Shown one piece after another: positions 9,527 to 19,038 of a stretch of DNA of 32,382 bases (its first letter is position 1; the number at the start of each line of letters is the position of its first letter). The DNA lies in NCBI GenBank assembly GCA_049322255.1, contig JBMORE010000030.1, positions 1-32,382 on the forward strand, read 5' to 3'. This DNA is from Myxococcota bacterium (GTDB lineage Bacteria; Myxococcota; Myxococcia; Myxococcales; Myxococcaceae). The position numbers and the translations under genes were made by a program. Below the pieces are notes generated by a model. That model worked only from the letters and a program-made list of their open reading frames with translations, was not told the origin of the DNA and did no database searches.

Positions 9527-9742
9527 ATGAGTCACACAATTACCGTACGTCTCCCATCCGACCTCGCCGAGTGGCTGGCGGAGACATCAGCCAAGTCGGG
9601 TGTTCCGCAGGGGAAGATCATTCGCGACGCGGTTGAAAGAGTGCGCGTGCAGTCCAAAGCCAAGCCGTTCATGCGGCTCGCAGGCAGCATTCGCGGGGGC
9701 CCGCGAGACGTTTCGTCGCGGAAGGGCTTTTCGCGCTCGTGA
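9527..9742 (+). CDS. ribbon-helix-helix (CopG-like) antitoxin
   Basis: MSHTITVRLPSDLAEWL...GKIIRDAVE; stop overlaps the PIN gene start (GTGA). Confidence 0.85.
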   Translation: MSHTITVRLPSDLAEWLAETSAKSGVPQGKIIRDAVERVRVQSKAKPFMRLAGSIRGGPRDVSSRKGFSRS

Positions 9743-10146
9743 AGGGGATCGCCGATACCGGCTTCTTGGTGGCTTTTGCACGGGCCGCGGACGAGTTCCA
9801 CCCATGGGCGGTGGGTATCGCGGAGCAGGTGACGGAGCCCCTGCTGACCTGCGAAGCGGTGCTCGCCGAGACCGCATTTCATCTGGGGAGCGTTGGGCTC
9901 GTCGTCAGGATGATCCGAGAGGGTCTGGTGAAGCTGGATTTCGAGGTAAAAATCCATCTAAGCCAGCTCCTCATGCTGGCCGAGCGCTACGCGAACCGGC
10001 GCCCCGACCTGGCCGACCTGTGCCTCATTCGCATGAGCGAGCTGCACCCCAGACACAGCGTCATCACGGTCGACGGCCAGGACTTTCGCATCTATCGCCG
10101 CAACAAGCGTGAAGCCATTCCGCTCATCTGCCCGCCCGGCCGCTGA
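9739..10146 (+). CDS. PIN-domain (VapC-like) toxin
   Basis: IADTGFLVA, EAVLAET, DLADLCL, TVDGQDFRIYR acidic motifs. Confidence 0.9.
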   Translation: MKGIADTGFLVAFARAADEFHPWAVGIAEQVTEPLLTCEAVLAETAFHLGSVGLVVRMIREGLVKLDFEVKIHLSQLLMLAERYANRRPDLADLCLIRMSELHPRHSVITVDGQDFRIYRRNKREAIPLICPPGR

Positions 10147-10278
10147 CTGGGCCACCCCGGCACGGATACCGAGTCGAACCACAGAAACAGCGGCTCGCGC
10201 TCGTCGTGGGCGACCACGAGGCTTCGCTCGAGCCGGCTGGGCTGCGTCAGCAGTGACGTGCGTGGGCGCGGCGTCGCC

Positions 10279-11187
10279 CTACGGATAGACCTCGCGCGGC
10301 GGGGGCGGGGGCGCAGGCACGGCGTGGGGAAGCTTTTCCTCCCGCCGGTGGCGCATGAAGCGCTTGCCCAACAGCCCACCACCCACGGCGGCCACCAGCC
10401 CGAGCAAGAGGGTGATGAACAGGCCCCAGAGGAAGTCCGAGGACACCGCCGCCGCCTGCCCCGCCATCTGCTGAGCGGTGCTTCCCAGCTGCTCGCGCAT
10501 CTGCAGCCAGCGCGCCTCGAGCTGCGCCGCGATGTCCTGCGCGTCTTCGGGGGAAAGCTCGGTGCTCTCGGCCAAGGAGTCGACGAAGAGCTGGCGGTCG
10601 AACTGCCCGGTGCGCAAGGTCTCGCTCACCACTCCTTGCAGCGCGGCCTGCAGCTCTTCGGCCCTGACAGGCGGCATCCCTTGCGCCTGCAGCCGCTCGT
10701 TGATGGGCGCAATCAATTCCTGCGCGCTCACCCCCAGCGCCTGTTGCACCTGTTCGGCGCTCCCCACCAGCTGCCCGGTGAGACCCACCGCTCGCCCCGC
10801 CAGGCCCACCATTCCGCCCACCACCGAAGCGACGAGCGACCAGGCGAAGAACAGCGCCACGATGCTGGTGAGGGCCCACACCACCAGGCCGTGGAGGCCG
10901 CGCCCCCACGCGTCCAGTCGCAGCACCGAGCGCGCGGCGACGAAGCCGCCCACGAATAGACCGATGAGGGCAGCGAAGATGGTCCAGACCCCCAACCCGC
11001 GAACGGCCAGCCCCGCGCCCTCGGTGGGCTCCACCCGCCCCAGCCCAATCGCCCATCCCAACGCACAAAGCATCAGGCACACCGTGGCGGCGACGAAGGA
11101 GCCTCCGAAGATGGCTCCCCAGCTCAACTGTACTGGCGGACGCACGACGGGCTCGTGCAGGTGCTCGACGACGGTTGCTTCGGCCAT
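10279..11187 (-). CDS. conserved hypothetical multi-pass membrane protein
   Basis: GAGGAGG RBS before ATG 11187; LSWGAIFGG and GLHGLVVWAL TM motifs; Q/E-rich helical loop. Confidence 0.85.
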   Translation of the reverse strand: MAEATVVEHLHEPVVRPPVQLSWGAIFGGSFVAATVCLMLCALGWAIGLGRVEPTEGAGLAVRGLGVWTIFAALIGLFVGGFVAARSVLRLDAWGRGLHGLVVWALTSIVALFFAWSLVASVVGGMVGLAGRAVGLTGQLVGSAEQVQQALGVSAQELIAPINERLQAQGMPPVRAEELQAALQGVVSETLRTGQFDRQLFVDSLAESTELSPEDAQDIAAQLEARWLQMREQLGSTAQQMAGQAAAVSSDFLWGLFITLLLGLVAAVGGGLLGKRFMRHRREEKLPHAVPAPPPPPREVYP

Positions 11188-11332
11188 GACACCCTCCTCG
11201 TTGCCGCCCAACATTGGAGGCGCTCTGAAGCGGCGGCACGAGACGACCGCTGGGCTTGCCGTAGCCCAGCCAGGCGGGCGGTCGTTCTTGACCCCTTGCC
11301 CCTGCTGCCTCCGCTAGTCTTGGCCGCCCTCG

Positions 11333-12724
11333 ATGCAGCCCGAGCCTTCCTTGCACTCGCCCGTGGCCTTCGGCCGGTTCAAGCTCATCCGCCGAATCGG
11401 GGCGGGTGGCATGGGAGAGGTCTTCTTGGCGCGGGAGGAGAACGGCGCTCGCTCTCGGGCCTGCGTGGTGAAGAAGGTGTTGCCCAACCTGGTGGAGAAC
11501 CGGGCCTTCGTGGGCCGCTTCCTCGACGAGTCGAAGGTGGTGGTCCGCCTGCGCCACCCCAACGTGGCCCGGGTGTACGCGATGGGGGAGGTGAAGGGGG
11601 AGTACTTCCTGGCGATGGAGTACGTGCAAGGCAAGACGGTGTCCCGCTTCACCCGCCGCCTGAGAGATTTGAAGCAGCAGTTGCCCCTCGGTCTGGTGCT
11701 GCTCATCGGGGAGCGGGTGTGCCAGGGGTTGGCCTACGCCCACGAAGCCAAGGACGAGGACGGCGCCCCGCTGCACTTGGTGCACCGCGACCTCTCTCCC
11801 GCCAACGTGTGCATCAGTTACCGCGGAGAGGTGAAAATCATCGACTTTGGCGCTGCCCAGTCCACCCTCAAGGAAGAACAGACCGCCCCCCGAGTGGTGA
11901 TTGGCAACCTCACCTATATGTCCCCCGAGCAGGCGAAGAAGCAGATTGTCGACCGCCGCGCCGACGTCTACTCCACCGGGGTGATGCTGTGGGAGCTGCT
12001 CGCCTGGCATCTCTTGCCCCAAAAGGGCGACCCCCTGGAGCGCTGGCGTAAGGCGGCCAACCCGGTGTGGGAGCCGCCTTCGAAGCTGCATCCCCGGTTG
12101 CCCCTCGACGTCGACGACGCGGTGATGCGCGCTCTGCAAAAAGAACGTGAGCAGCGTTGGCGTGACGCGGCGGTCTTCGGTGCCGAGCTCAAGCGGCTTC
12201 GGAGCAAGTACGCCCCCGATGCATCCGAGCGCGACTTGGGCGAGTTGCTCACCCGGGCCTTCGCCGCAGAGAAGGTGGCCGAGGACGCGGTGCTGGAAGA
12301 GACGCTCCAGGGGGTACCTTTGGGCGAAGAGCCCACCGACAAGACCAAACGGCCCTTCTTCGCTCCGCCCACCGCGCTCGCTTTCGAGCACACCGCCATC
12401 GTGCCGCCGGCAGACGTCTTTCCGTCAGGAGACGACGAGGTGACCGACCCGGGCGAAGAGGGTACACCCACCCCAGCGCAGCGGCCCGCGCGGCTTTTGC
12501 CGGTCAACCCCACTCGCATGGTCTTCGGCGCCGACCTCACCGCCCCCCAAGACGAATCGCTGCTCCAGGAAATCGAAGCGCTCTCCTCCGACGATTTCGA
12601 GCCCTCCACCATCGCCAAGCGGCCCGGCCAGGCCCGATGGCTCCTTGCTTACGCCGCGGTGTTCGTTCTCGCTGCGGGGTTGGGCTTCTTCGGCGTGTGG
12701 TGGTGGGGAATGACGGGCCCGTGA
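11333..12724 (+). CDS. Hanks-type Ser/Thr protein kinase with C-terminal TM anchor
   Basis: IGAGGMGEVF, VVKK, HRDLSPAN, DFG, YMSPEQ, DVYSTG; terminal hydrophobic helix. Confidence 0.95.
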   Translation: MQPEPSLHSPVAFGRFKLIRRIGAGGMGEVFLAREENGARSRACVVKKVLPNLVENRAFVGRFLDESKVVVRLRHPNVARVYAMGEVKGEYFLAMEYVQGKTVSRFTRRLRDLKQQLPLGLVLLIGERVCQGLAYAHEAKDEDGAPLHLVHRDLSPANVCISYRGEVKIIDFGAAQSTLKEEQTAPRVVIGNLTYMSPEQAKKQIVDRRADVYSTGVMLWELLAWHLLPQKGDPLERWRKAANPVWEPPSKLHPRLPLDVDDAVMRALQKEREQRWRDAAVFGAELKRLRSKYAPDASERDLGELLTRAFAAEKVAEDAVLEETLQGVPLGEEPTDKTKRPFFAPPTALAFEHTAIVPPADVFPSGDDEVTDPGEEGTPTPAQRPARLLPVNPTRMVFGADLTAPQDESLLQEIEALSSDDFEPSTIAKRPGQARWLLAYAAVFVLAAGLGFFGVWWWGMTGP

Positions 12725-12759
12725 CGTCGGCGTGCGCAAGCGCGGCGCTGAAGGGTTGG

Positions 12760-13143
12760 CTACCGGCGTTGAGGGCGAGCGCTTCGCTGGGCGAAAAGCT
12801 GGGTCAACAAGTCACGCAGCACTTCCGGGGCGCAGGGCTTGCCCAACACCGGAATGTCGGCGCCGTAGCGCGTGCGCAAGTCGGTGCGGCCCGTGTGGAG
12901 AACGCACGTCACTCCCGGGTGCTCGCGCTGCACCCACAGCAAGAGGTCCAACCCGTCGACGGGCTCCATGAAGTAATCGGCGAGCACCACGTCGGGCCTC
13001 TCCTGGCGGATGAGTCGCTTGGCTTCCTCGGCGCTGGCGGCGGCCCGGACAGTCGCCTCCATGTGGGCTACCGTCCGCTGCAGCGCCGACAGCTCGCGCG
13101 GCTCGTCGTCTACCAAGAGCAGGGTGGGAAGCACAGAGCTCAC
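12760..13143 (-). CDS. single-domain response regulator (receiver)
   Basis: LLLVDDE, VVLADYFMEPVDG, LHTG, LGKP. Confidence 0.9.
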   Translation of the reverse strand: MSSVLPTLLLVDDEPRELSALQRTVAHMEATVRAAASAEEAKRLIRQERPDVVLADYFMEPVDGLDLLLWVQREHPGVTCVLHTGRTDLRTRYGADIPVLGKPCAPEVLRDLLTQLFAQRSARPQRR

Positions 13144-13232
13144 GATGGGCAGAAGCCTAGTCTAAGCCTTGAAAACGGAAATAGATAAAAATCCCCGCCA
13201 GGGCCCGGCTCGACCGCACGGCGAAGGCGTGG

Positions 13233-14165
13233 TTGATTTCCATCGTGCGCATCGTGCTCGCCCTGGGGTTTTTGGCCACGTCGGCAGCGGCCGAGTCGGT
13301 CGCGGTGGTGGTCGACCCCCGAGGCGTCGGCTTGGAAAGGGCTCAGAAGACTCGTAGCGCGGCCGAGGCGGCGCTGCGCGAGCTGTCGGCCTTCCGCTGG
13401 GAGGCGCTCGCGCTCCACGAGGTTTCCCGTGGGTGTGACCAGGCAGAGTGTCTGGTGCAGTTGGCCAAGGGCACTGGAAAAGATTTCGCCCTGGTGCTGG
13501 CGCCCTCTCCGCGCCGTCTCGAAGTGCACTGGGTCGACGTGGCCCAAGGCCGCACCAGCCGGCGGGTGGCAGAGGGCGAGGGGGAAGCGGCGGTGCGGGC
13601 GCTGGTGGAAGCGATGCTGCCCGCCTATGCCCGCAAAGGCTGGGGTGGCCTCGTCCTCGACGCTCCTTTGGCAAACGAGGTGAAGCTCGACGGCCGTCCG
13701 GTGCAGTTGCTTGCGGGCGCACCATGGCCGGTGGTGGCAGGCGAGCACACGGTGGATGTGCGCTTCCCCGGGGACGAGGCGATGTTGCACCGGTTGCGTG
13801 TGCCTGAAGGGGAGCGGGTGCGCTTGTCGGTGTCCCCCCGCTTGGCGGCCAGCGGGGAGCCGGCGGCGCGGGCCGGCGATCGACGCTTGCGGCTTGCCAG
13901 CTACGGCCTGTGGAGCGCAGGGGCACTGGCGGTGGCCGGCGCCTTCATCGCGGGGGCAGCCTCGCGCCACGCTGCCGCCGGCTTGGCGCCTTGTGACGCC
14001 ACCCGCCGCTCCTGCTTGTCGTACGACGAGGCGTTCGCTTCGCACCAGCGGGCGCAGGCCTACGCGCGCACCGGAGACGTGCTCCTCGGAGCCGGGATGT
14101 TGGTGGGAGGGGCTGGCGCGGGGCTTTTCTTCTACGACGCCCGGCGCCGCGGGGGAGAAGAGTAG
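13233..14165 (+). CDS. exported protein with PEGA-like domain and C-terminal hydrophobic segments
   Basis: signal peptide ending SAAA|E; NEVKLDG...VVAGEHTVDVR PEGA-like strand pattern; exact start uncertain (13233 or 13245). Confidence 0.75.
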   Translation: MISIVRIVLALGFLATSAAAESVAVVVDPRGVGLERAQKTRSAAEAALRELSAFRWEALALHEVSRGCDQAECLVQLAKGTGKDFALVLAPSPRRLEVHWVDVAQGRTSRRVAEGEGEAAVRALVEAMLPAYARKGWGGLVLDAPLANEVKLDGRPVQLLAGAPWPVVAGEHTVDVRFPGDEAMLHRLRVPEGERVRLSVSPRLAASGEPAARAGDRRLRLASYGLWSAGALAVAGAFIAGAASRHAAAGLAPCDATRRSCLSYDEAFASHQRAQAYARTGDVLLGAGMLVGGAGAGLFFYDARRRGGEE

Positions 14166-15440
14166 GTGCGCAAGGGCGGCACAGCGCTCTGCCTCGCCGT
14201 CCTGTCCGCGTTGGCCGGATGGAGCGCCTGCTTCGGTCCGCCGCCCTTCACCGGTCCATATCGGTGTGGAGAGGCCGCCTGTCCGCAAGGGTTGGTGTGC
14301 GACGACGGGGTGTGTTGCTCACCCTTGGGCGAGCCTGCCTGCCGTAGTTACGTCCTCGACGGCGGAGTGTGCCGAAGTGGCGCCACCCCCCTGCCGTACT
14401 ACGAGGACCTCGATGGCGATGGGTTTGGCAACGAGAGCGCGGTGCACCTCTACTGTGCGCCGCCGGTGTTCGACCCCTACGTGGCCAAGGGGGGCGATTG
14501 CAACGACAACCCGCAGGACGACGTGGGCAAGCTTTCCCGGCCGGGGGCCGAAGAGCTGTGCGACGGGCTGGACAACGACTGCGATGGGCAAGTCGACGAG
14601 GGACTTTCTCTCTCCACCTTCTACGAGGACCAGGACTTCGATGGCTTCGGAGACCCGGCGCGGCCGCGTCTTCTGTGCGCGGCTCCAGGGGGCTTTTCCT
14701 CCAACCCCGGAGACTGCGCCCCCGACGACCCTAACCGCTACCCCGGCGCCACCGAGGCGTGCAACGGCCTGGACGACGACTGCGACGGGCAAGTCGAATC
14801 GGCGGCACCCGACCGCTGCGATGGGTTGGACAACGATTGCGATGGGCAAATCGACGAACAGCCCGACTGCGGCGGCCCGGTGAATTTACTCGCCGCCGAC
14901 GTGGACCTCACCCGCGGCGCGCAGAACCTCAACGAGGCGCTCAACGGCAACACCGACGGCGGCTGCGTGAAAGACCGGCCGCGCGCCACCAACGAAACAT
15001 TTTCCAGCCCCACCTGGACCGGCACCTCCTCTAACTCGCATGTCTTTTGGGTGCAGTCGGCCAAGGGTTGGGACCTCTCGCGCCCCGGAGCCAAGCTTCG
15101 ACTGACCTTCGACCACACGGTGCTCCGCGCAGGCAACCCTGCCTGGTCACAGCATGGTCAGCCGGTGGTCTTCCTGTGTGACGACGTGGGCGGGCACCTT
15201 CGTTTCGTGCACCGCGACGCCAGTGGCAACTCGCGTCCGGCGATGGTGGGAGCCAACGGCGTGGTGGACAGCACCATTCCCCTCGCTGGAGACAGCACGT
15301 GGATACATGGCGGCGGCACCAACGTCGACCTCACCCGGGTGCGCCGGGTCGAGGTGATGGTGCAGCCGGCCTACAACAACGACGGGGGCGTGCCCACGTC
15401 CATCATTTCCTTCCAGTCCACCTTCGGCTTTCAGCGCTGA
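14166..15440 (+). CDS. Cys-rich lipoprotein with MopE-like putative metal-binding repeats
   Basis: WSAC lipobox-like motif; YxDxDxDGFG motifs; three CDGLDNDCDGQ[VI]DE-type repeats. Confidence 0.88.
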   Translation: MRKGGTALCLAVLSALAGWSACFGPPPFTGPYRCGEAACPQGLVCDDGVCCSPLGEPACRSYVLDGGVCRSGATPLPYYEDLDGDGFGNESAVHLYCAPPVFDPYVAKGGDCNDNPQDDVGKLSRPGAEELCDGLDNDCDGQVDEGLSLSTFYEDQDFDGFGDPARPRLLCAAPGGFSSNPGDCAPDDPNRYPGATEACNGLDDDCDGQVESAAPDRCDGLDNDCDGQIDEQPDCGGPVNLLAADVDLTRGAQNLNEALNGNTDGGCVKDRPRATNETFSSPTWTGTSSNSHVFWVQSAKGWDLSRPGAKLRLTFDHTVLRAGNPAWSQHGQPVVFLCDDVGGHLRFVHRDASGNSRPAMVGANGVVDSTIPLAGDSTWIHGGGTNVDLTRVRRVEVMVQPAYNNDGGVPTSIISFQSTFGFQR

Positions 15441-15476
15441 GCTTGACCATGTGGGTGGTGGCTCCTACGTCACATC

Positions 15477-15759
15477 GTGGAACCGAAGAGCGACCGAATC
15501 ACCTGGCGACAGGTGACCGAAGAGGACCGGGAGCGAATCCGCGGCGGTGGCGCGCGCGAGCGACATCTCCGATGTCGACTTCGACGTTCGCTTGGTCAAC
15601 AAGGCCGATCCGGTCTTCCTCAACAACGTGCTCAAGGACGGCTGGCTGCTCTACGAGGCTGACGCCGAGGAGCGCATTTGGTTCCAGGTCTACGCCACCG
15701 CGCAGTGGCTCGACTTCCGGCCGGTGTGGGAAGGCTTGCGCGAGCTGCTTGGCGCGTAG
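15477..15759 (+). pseudogene. internally deleted minimal nucleotidyltransferase (MntA-like antitoxin)
   Basis: N-terminal fragment (ITWRQVTEEDRERIR) joined out of frame to the C-terminal half (FDVRLVNKADPVFLNNVLKDGWLLYE...WLDF); GS-x-DxD catalytic segment absent. Confidence 0.6.
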
Positions 15760-15776
15760 AGCGTCAGCCCATGAGG

Positions 15777-17396
15777 TTACTGGCGCACCTGGGAGAAGTG
15801 CAGGCCGTGGCCGACGTACTCGAGGCCGATGAGCCCGCCCTGCTGCTTCCCCTGGGCGATGACGTGGAACATCGACGGAGGGGTGAACAGGCCGTTGCCG
15901 TCTCCGCGGGGGCCGGTGACTTGCCGCGCTTGGTCGAGCAAGGGCTGCATCGCGGCGCGAAACTCCCCGTAGCTGCCGTAGCTCTTCCCTACCGTGGCCA
16001 CCATCTGGCCGAAGAGGGCCTCCACCGCTTGCCGGCGCGGGTCGCTGGCGGGGAGCTGGTCGAGCTTCATCGACTCGAGCAGGCCTGGCTTCATCTTCTC
16101 GAGGAGCTGCGCCTGCGCGGGCGCGAGGGACTCTCCCAGCTGTTCCCGCGGCAGGTGGGTGCGCATGAAGTGCTCGACGATGTCCGACATGGTCATCGGC
16201 TGGAAGGCGAGCTTCTCCGAAAGCCCGGTGCGCGCCATCGCCGGCGCGTACTCGGTCATCGGCCGCAAGGTGTCGGGCGCGAGCGCCAGCTTCACCTTGC
16301 CGATGTGCGGGTTGCCGTTGGACTTGGTGAAGGCGTCGGCGGCGCCGCTGTTGTGCTTGCCCACCTGCGCGGCGAACTTCTCCCACGCCGCTTCTCCGAC
16401 GATGGGCGCCCAGGAGGCTTTGTTCAGCGGGAAGAGCACCCCCGCGGTGGTGGACAGGTGCGCCAACTCGGCGCAGTAGACCTGGTTCTCATCCCGCTGG
16501 AACCAGGCCTTGGCGTCGGCGTCGCCGCCCACGGCCAGAATCATTTTCTCCACCAGCGTCTTCACTTCCTTGGGTGAGCGCGCGCCCAGTGGGTCGCCTC
16601 CGTTGTAGTCCCCAGGGAACTCGGTCACGGTGTTGAAGCCCACCAGCATGGTGCGAATGTTGTCGTGGAAGCCCTTCACCTGGTCCGCCGAGAGGTAGTC
16701 GGGGAACTTGGGCCGCACGAAAATCATCGGGTAGGTCGGGGTGCCGAACTGCCCGCTCTCGTAGCTTTGCGGGTTGTTGACGGTGACCGCGCCCGACTCC
16801 ACCCCCACCACGATGCCGATGTGCGTGTCCTGCAGCTTGAACGCCTCTTTGTCTACCTCTCCGCCGGCCGTGGTGAGGGTGCGGTGCTCCGGGCGGTGGT
16901 GCTTGATGGCAAAGCCAAGCTCTCCCGGCTGGAACACCTTGGCGATTTCGGAGTCCCCGCCGCGGTCGTTGGAGTAGGGGATGATGTTGAGCGGCTTGCC
17001 CGGGAAGAGGTGGGTGGGCGCGGGAATCTTCGTGCCCTGGAGGTCGACCAGGGTGGTGAAAGCGTCTTCCACCTTGCTCATCGGCGGGTCGCCGGGGAAG
17101 GCGGCGTTGAGCTTGGCCATGTCCGCGCGGTAGCCGCTGTTCGGTACCGGGCGCAGGTCGATGCGGCCCGCCACGCTCACCGGAGCCGGCTCGCCAAAGA
17201 GCGCCGCCGCCCGGGCGTGCACGCGTAAAGATGGATTTTCAGCCCGCGCCCGCTCGAACAGGGTTCGCAGCTCCGTTTTGGCCTCGGGCGTCGCGGCCAG
17301 CGTCCACAGACGCCGCGCCTCTTGGGAGCTCAGGCGGTTGTTCCTCGTCGCCTGGCGGAAGGCGGTTTCGATGTCCGAGCCAACGCGGACGGGCAT
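15777..17396 (-). CDS. hypothetical protein, candidate permuted papain-like (NlpC/P60 YiiX/YebB-type) enzyme
   Basis: AGGAGAGG RBS; strong codon bias; motifs FQPGELGF, THIGIVVG, VYCAEL in permuted order. The ORF is secure; the function is inferred. Confidence 0.7.
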   Translation of the reverse strand: MPVRVGSDIETAFRQATRNNRLSSQEARRLWTLAATPEAKTELRTLFERARAENPSLRVHARAAALFGEPAPVSVAGRIDLRPVPNSGYRADMAKLNAAFPGDPPMSKVEDAFTTLVDLQGTKIPAPTHLFPGKPLNIIPYSNDRGGDSEIAKVFQPGELGFAIKHHRPEHRTLTTAGGEVDKEAFKLQDTHIGIVVGVESGAVTVNNPQSYESGQFGTPTYPMIFVRPKFPDYLSADQVKGFHDNIRTMLVGFNTVTEFPGDYNGGDPLGARSPKEVKTLVEKMILAVGGDADAKAWFQRDENQVYCAELAHLSTTAGVLFPLNKASWAPIVGEAAWEKFAAQVGKHNSGAADAFTKSNGNPHIGKVKLALAPDTLRPMTEYAPAMARTGLSEKLAFQPMTMSDIVEHFMRTHLPREQLGESLAPAQAQLLEKMKPGLLESMKLDQLPASDPRRQAVEALFGQMVATVGKSYGSYGEFRAAMQPLLDQARQVTGPRGDGNGLFTPPSMFHVIAQGKQQGGLIGLEYVGHGLHFSQVRQ

Positions 17397-17466
17397 GGGC
17401 CTCTCCTGTTTTTGCTTCTAAGCGAAGGAGCGCCAGCCTAGCTCTTTCCCAACTCAAGCGCGCCAA

Positions 17467-18651
17467 CTACCGTCCCACCGCGGCTCCTTGCCACCACTCG
17501 AGCTCGCGCCCCAGCGGGTCGCCTGGATCGAAGAAGACGAGGTAAGCCATCGCATCGTAGCCCAGGAAGGCGGGCCGGTCGCGCGCGACGTTCCCCAGTT
17601 GGTGCACGGTGCGCCAGGTGCCGATGTTGAAATAGCAACCGGGCCGCTCGCCGATGCGGCCGAGCGGGGTCATCGCGGCGAAGTGCGTGTGACCGTTGAT
17701 CGCATAGCATAGCCCGCGGTTCTCCTCACGCTGTAGCTCCCTCACCGCGGCGCGGGCGAATTTCACGTCGTGGATTCGGAACATCACGTCGTGCAGCGCG
17801 ACGAACTTGGCGTCCTCGGAGAGCCCCTTTTTTGCCGACAGCGCGAGGAGCAGCCTCATCTTCTGCGCGAAGTCGAAGCGGAAACGCTTGTGGTTTTCCT
17901 TGAACCAATCTTTCACCGCTCGGTTCTCGAGGAACTCCTCGATGAGCCGCGCCCACACTTTGGAGATCTTCTCCGCCACCTTCTTTGTCTCCGTGCGCGC
18001 CAAGGAGCGCACCCAGGCGGGAACCGCCACCACCGGCCGTACATCGTCGATGTCGTCGAGCCGCGGGTGGTCGAAGCCGAGGGCATTTCGAATTTCGATG
18101 GGGAAGCGGACGATCAGCTCCGGGCAGATGAGGTCCGACAGCGAGGCCCCGCCGGATGGGTCGTGGCAAATCGCGTCGACCACGTGGCCGTGATAGGCGA
18201 GCACGCCGGCCTCGGGGAAACGCGCTTCGGTGGGAAGCGGAGCCTCTCCACCTTCCATGCCGAGCGCAGCGCGCACCTTCGCCCGCGCGGCCGGCGCCAG
18301 ATTCAGCAGCCGGTCGTGGTTGCCCAAGACGTACTCGACCCGCAGCGCACCTTCCGTCACCTTCTGACGAATCGCGGAGAAGAAGTCCTTCTCCAGGGTG
18401 AGCGTCTGGTCGACGAGCTTCTCGATGTCCGCCGCCAGCTCGGGTGATTCTGGGTGGTACGGGCGGGTGTCGCCCTCGAGCCACTCGGGCGCCCGGACGA
18501 GGTCGAAGAGGTCGCCCACGAAGCACAAGGTGGCGGGAGCGCCGCGGCGTGATTGCTCCACGCGTTGCCAGAAGCGCTTGAATTGCGCCTCGCGCGCAAG
18601 GTGGGTGTGCGCGCCGGAGCGCAGGTGGAGATCGCTGACGAAGATGACCAC
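17467..18651 (-). CDS. calcineurin-like metallophosphoesterase
   Basis: SDLH, GDLFD, GNHD, YHGH, GHTH motifs. Confidence 0.9.
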   Translation of the reverse strand: MVIFVSDLHLRSGAHTHLAREAQFKRFWQRVEQSRRGAPATLCFVGDLFDLVRAPEWLEGDTRPYHPESPELAADIEKLVDQTLTLEKDFFSAIRQKVTEGALRVEYVLGNHDRLLNLAPAARAKVRAALGMEGGEAPLPTEARFPEAGVLAYHGHVVDAICHDPSGGASLSDLICPELIVRFPIEIRNALGFDHPRLDDIDDVRPVVAVPAWVRSLARTETKKVAEKISKVWARLIEEFLENRAVKDWFKENHKRFRFDFAQKMRLLLALSAKKGLSEDAKFVALHDVMFRIHDVKFARAAVRELQREENRGLCYAINGHTHFAAMTPLGRIGERPGCYFNIGTWRTVHQLGNVARDRPAFLGYDAMAYLVFFDPGDPLGRELEWWQGAAVGR

Positions 18652-18703
18652 GGGCGAATGAGCCTACCGCCTCCCCGAGCAGGCTCCTTGCGGTGAATTG
18701 TGT

Positions 18704-18732
18704 TTGCCTCGCTCCATGGCCCTTGGTAAGCC
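18704..18732 (+). promoter_or_regulatory. candidate promoter of the F0 operon
   Basis: TTGCCT - 17 bp - TAAGCC with an extended -10 TG; weak match. Confidence 0.3.
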
Positions 18733-18786
18733 CCGCCCGCTTTGAGGGCGGCGGCGGGAAACCCTTTGTTTTCCCGGGTCTTGGGT

Positions 18787-19038
18787 GTGAGCGAGAAGCA
18801 GGTGGGCGACGGCTCCGAGCTGTCTGACATGGCGAGGCTGATGCGGGCGGCGAGCCCGTACTTGTCGGCGGTGTGGCGGCTGGTGGGCGGAGCGGTGTTC
18901 GGCGTCCTCGCGGGCTACTGGCTGGACAAGTGGCTGGGGACGACGCCGTGGTTGCTGGTGGCGCTGTCGACGGTGGGCATCTCGGTGGGCTTCTACGCTT
19001 TCATTCGCAGCATGCTGCTCTTGGGGAAGAAAAAGTGA
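18787..19038 (+). CDS. AtpZ/AtpI-family small membrane protein
   Basis: GYWLDKWLGTTPWL signature; first gene of the F0 cluster; start 18787 or 18829. Confidence 0.88.
   Translation: MSEKQVGDGSELSDMARLMRAASPYLSAVWRLVGGAVFGVLAGYWLDKWLGTTPWLLVALSTVGISVGFYAFIRSMLLLGKKK

Noticed and set aside
10247..12391. 714-aa minus-strand ORF and similar long overlapping ORFs (e.g. 1055-2521, 3732-5213, 8378-9535, 22590-23717)
   Set aside because: Off-frame or antisense shadows expected in high-GC DNA; no motifs, and they overlap well-supported genes.
11333..13143. Kinase and receiver as a dedicated signalling pair or pseudo-enzymes
   Set aside because: They are convergent, catalytic residues look intact, and both types are abundant in such genomes; no evidence of linkage.
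14550..14870. Repeated tgcgacgggctggacaacgactgcgatgggcaa units as a possible CRISPR or DNA repeat array
   Set aside because: They are in-frame protein repeats with synonymous variation and irregular spacing; no cas genes.
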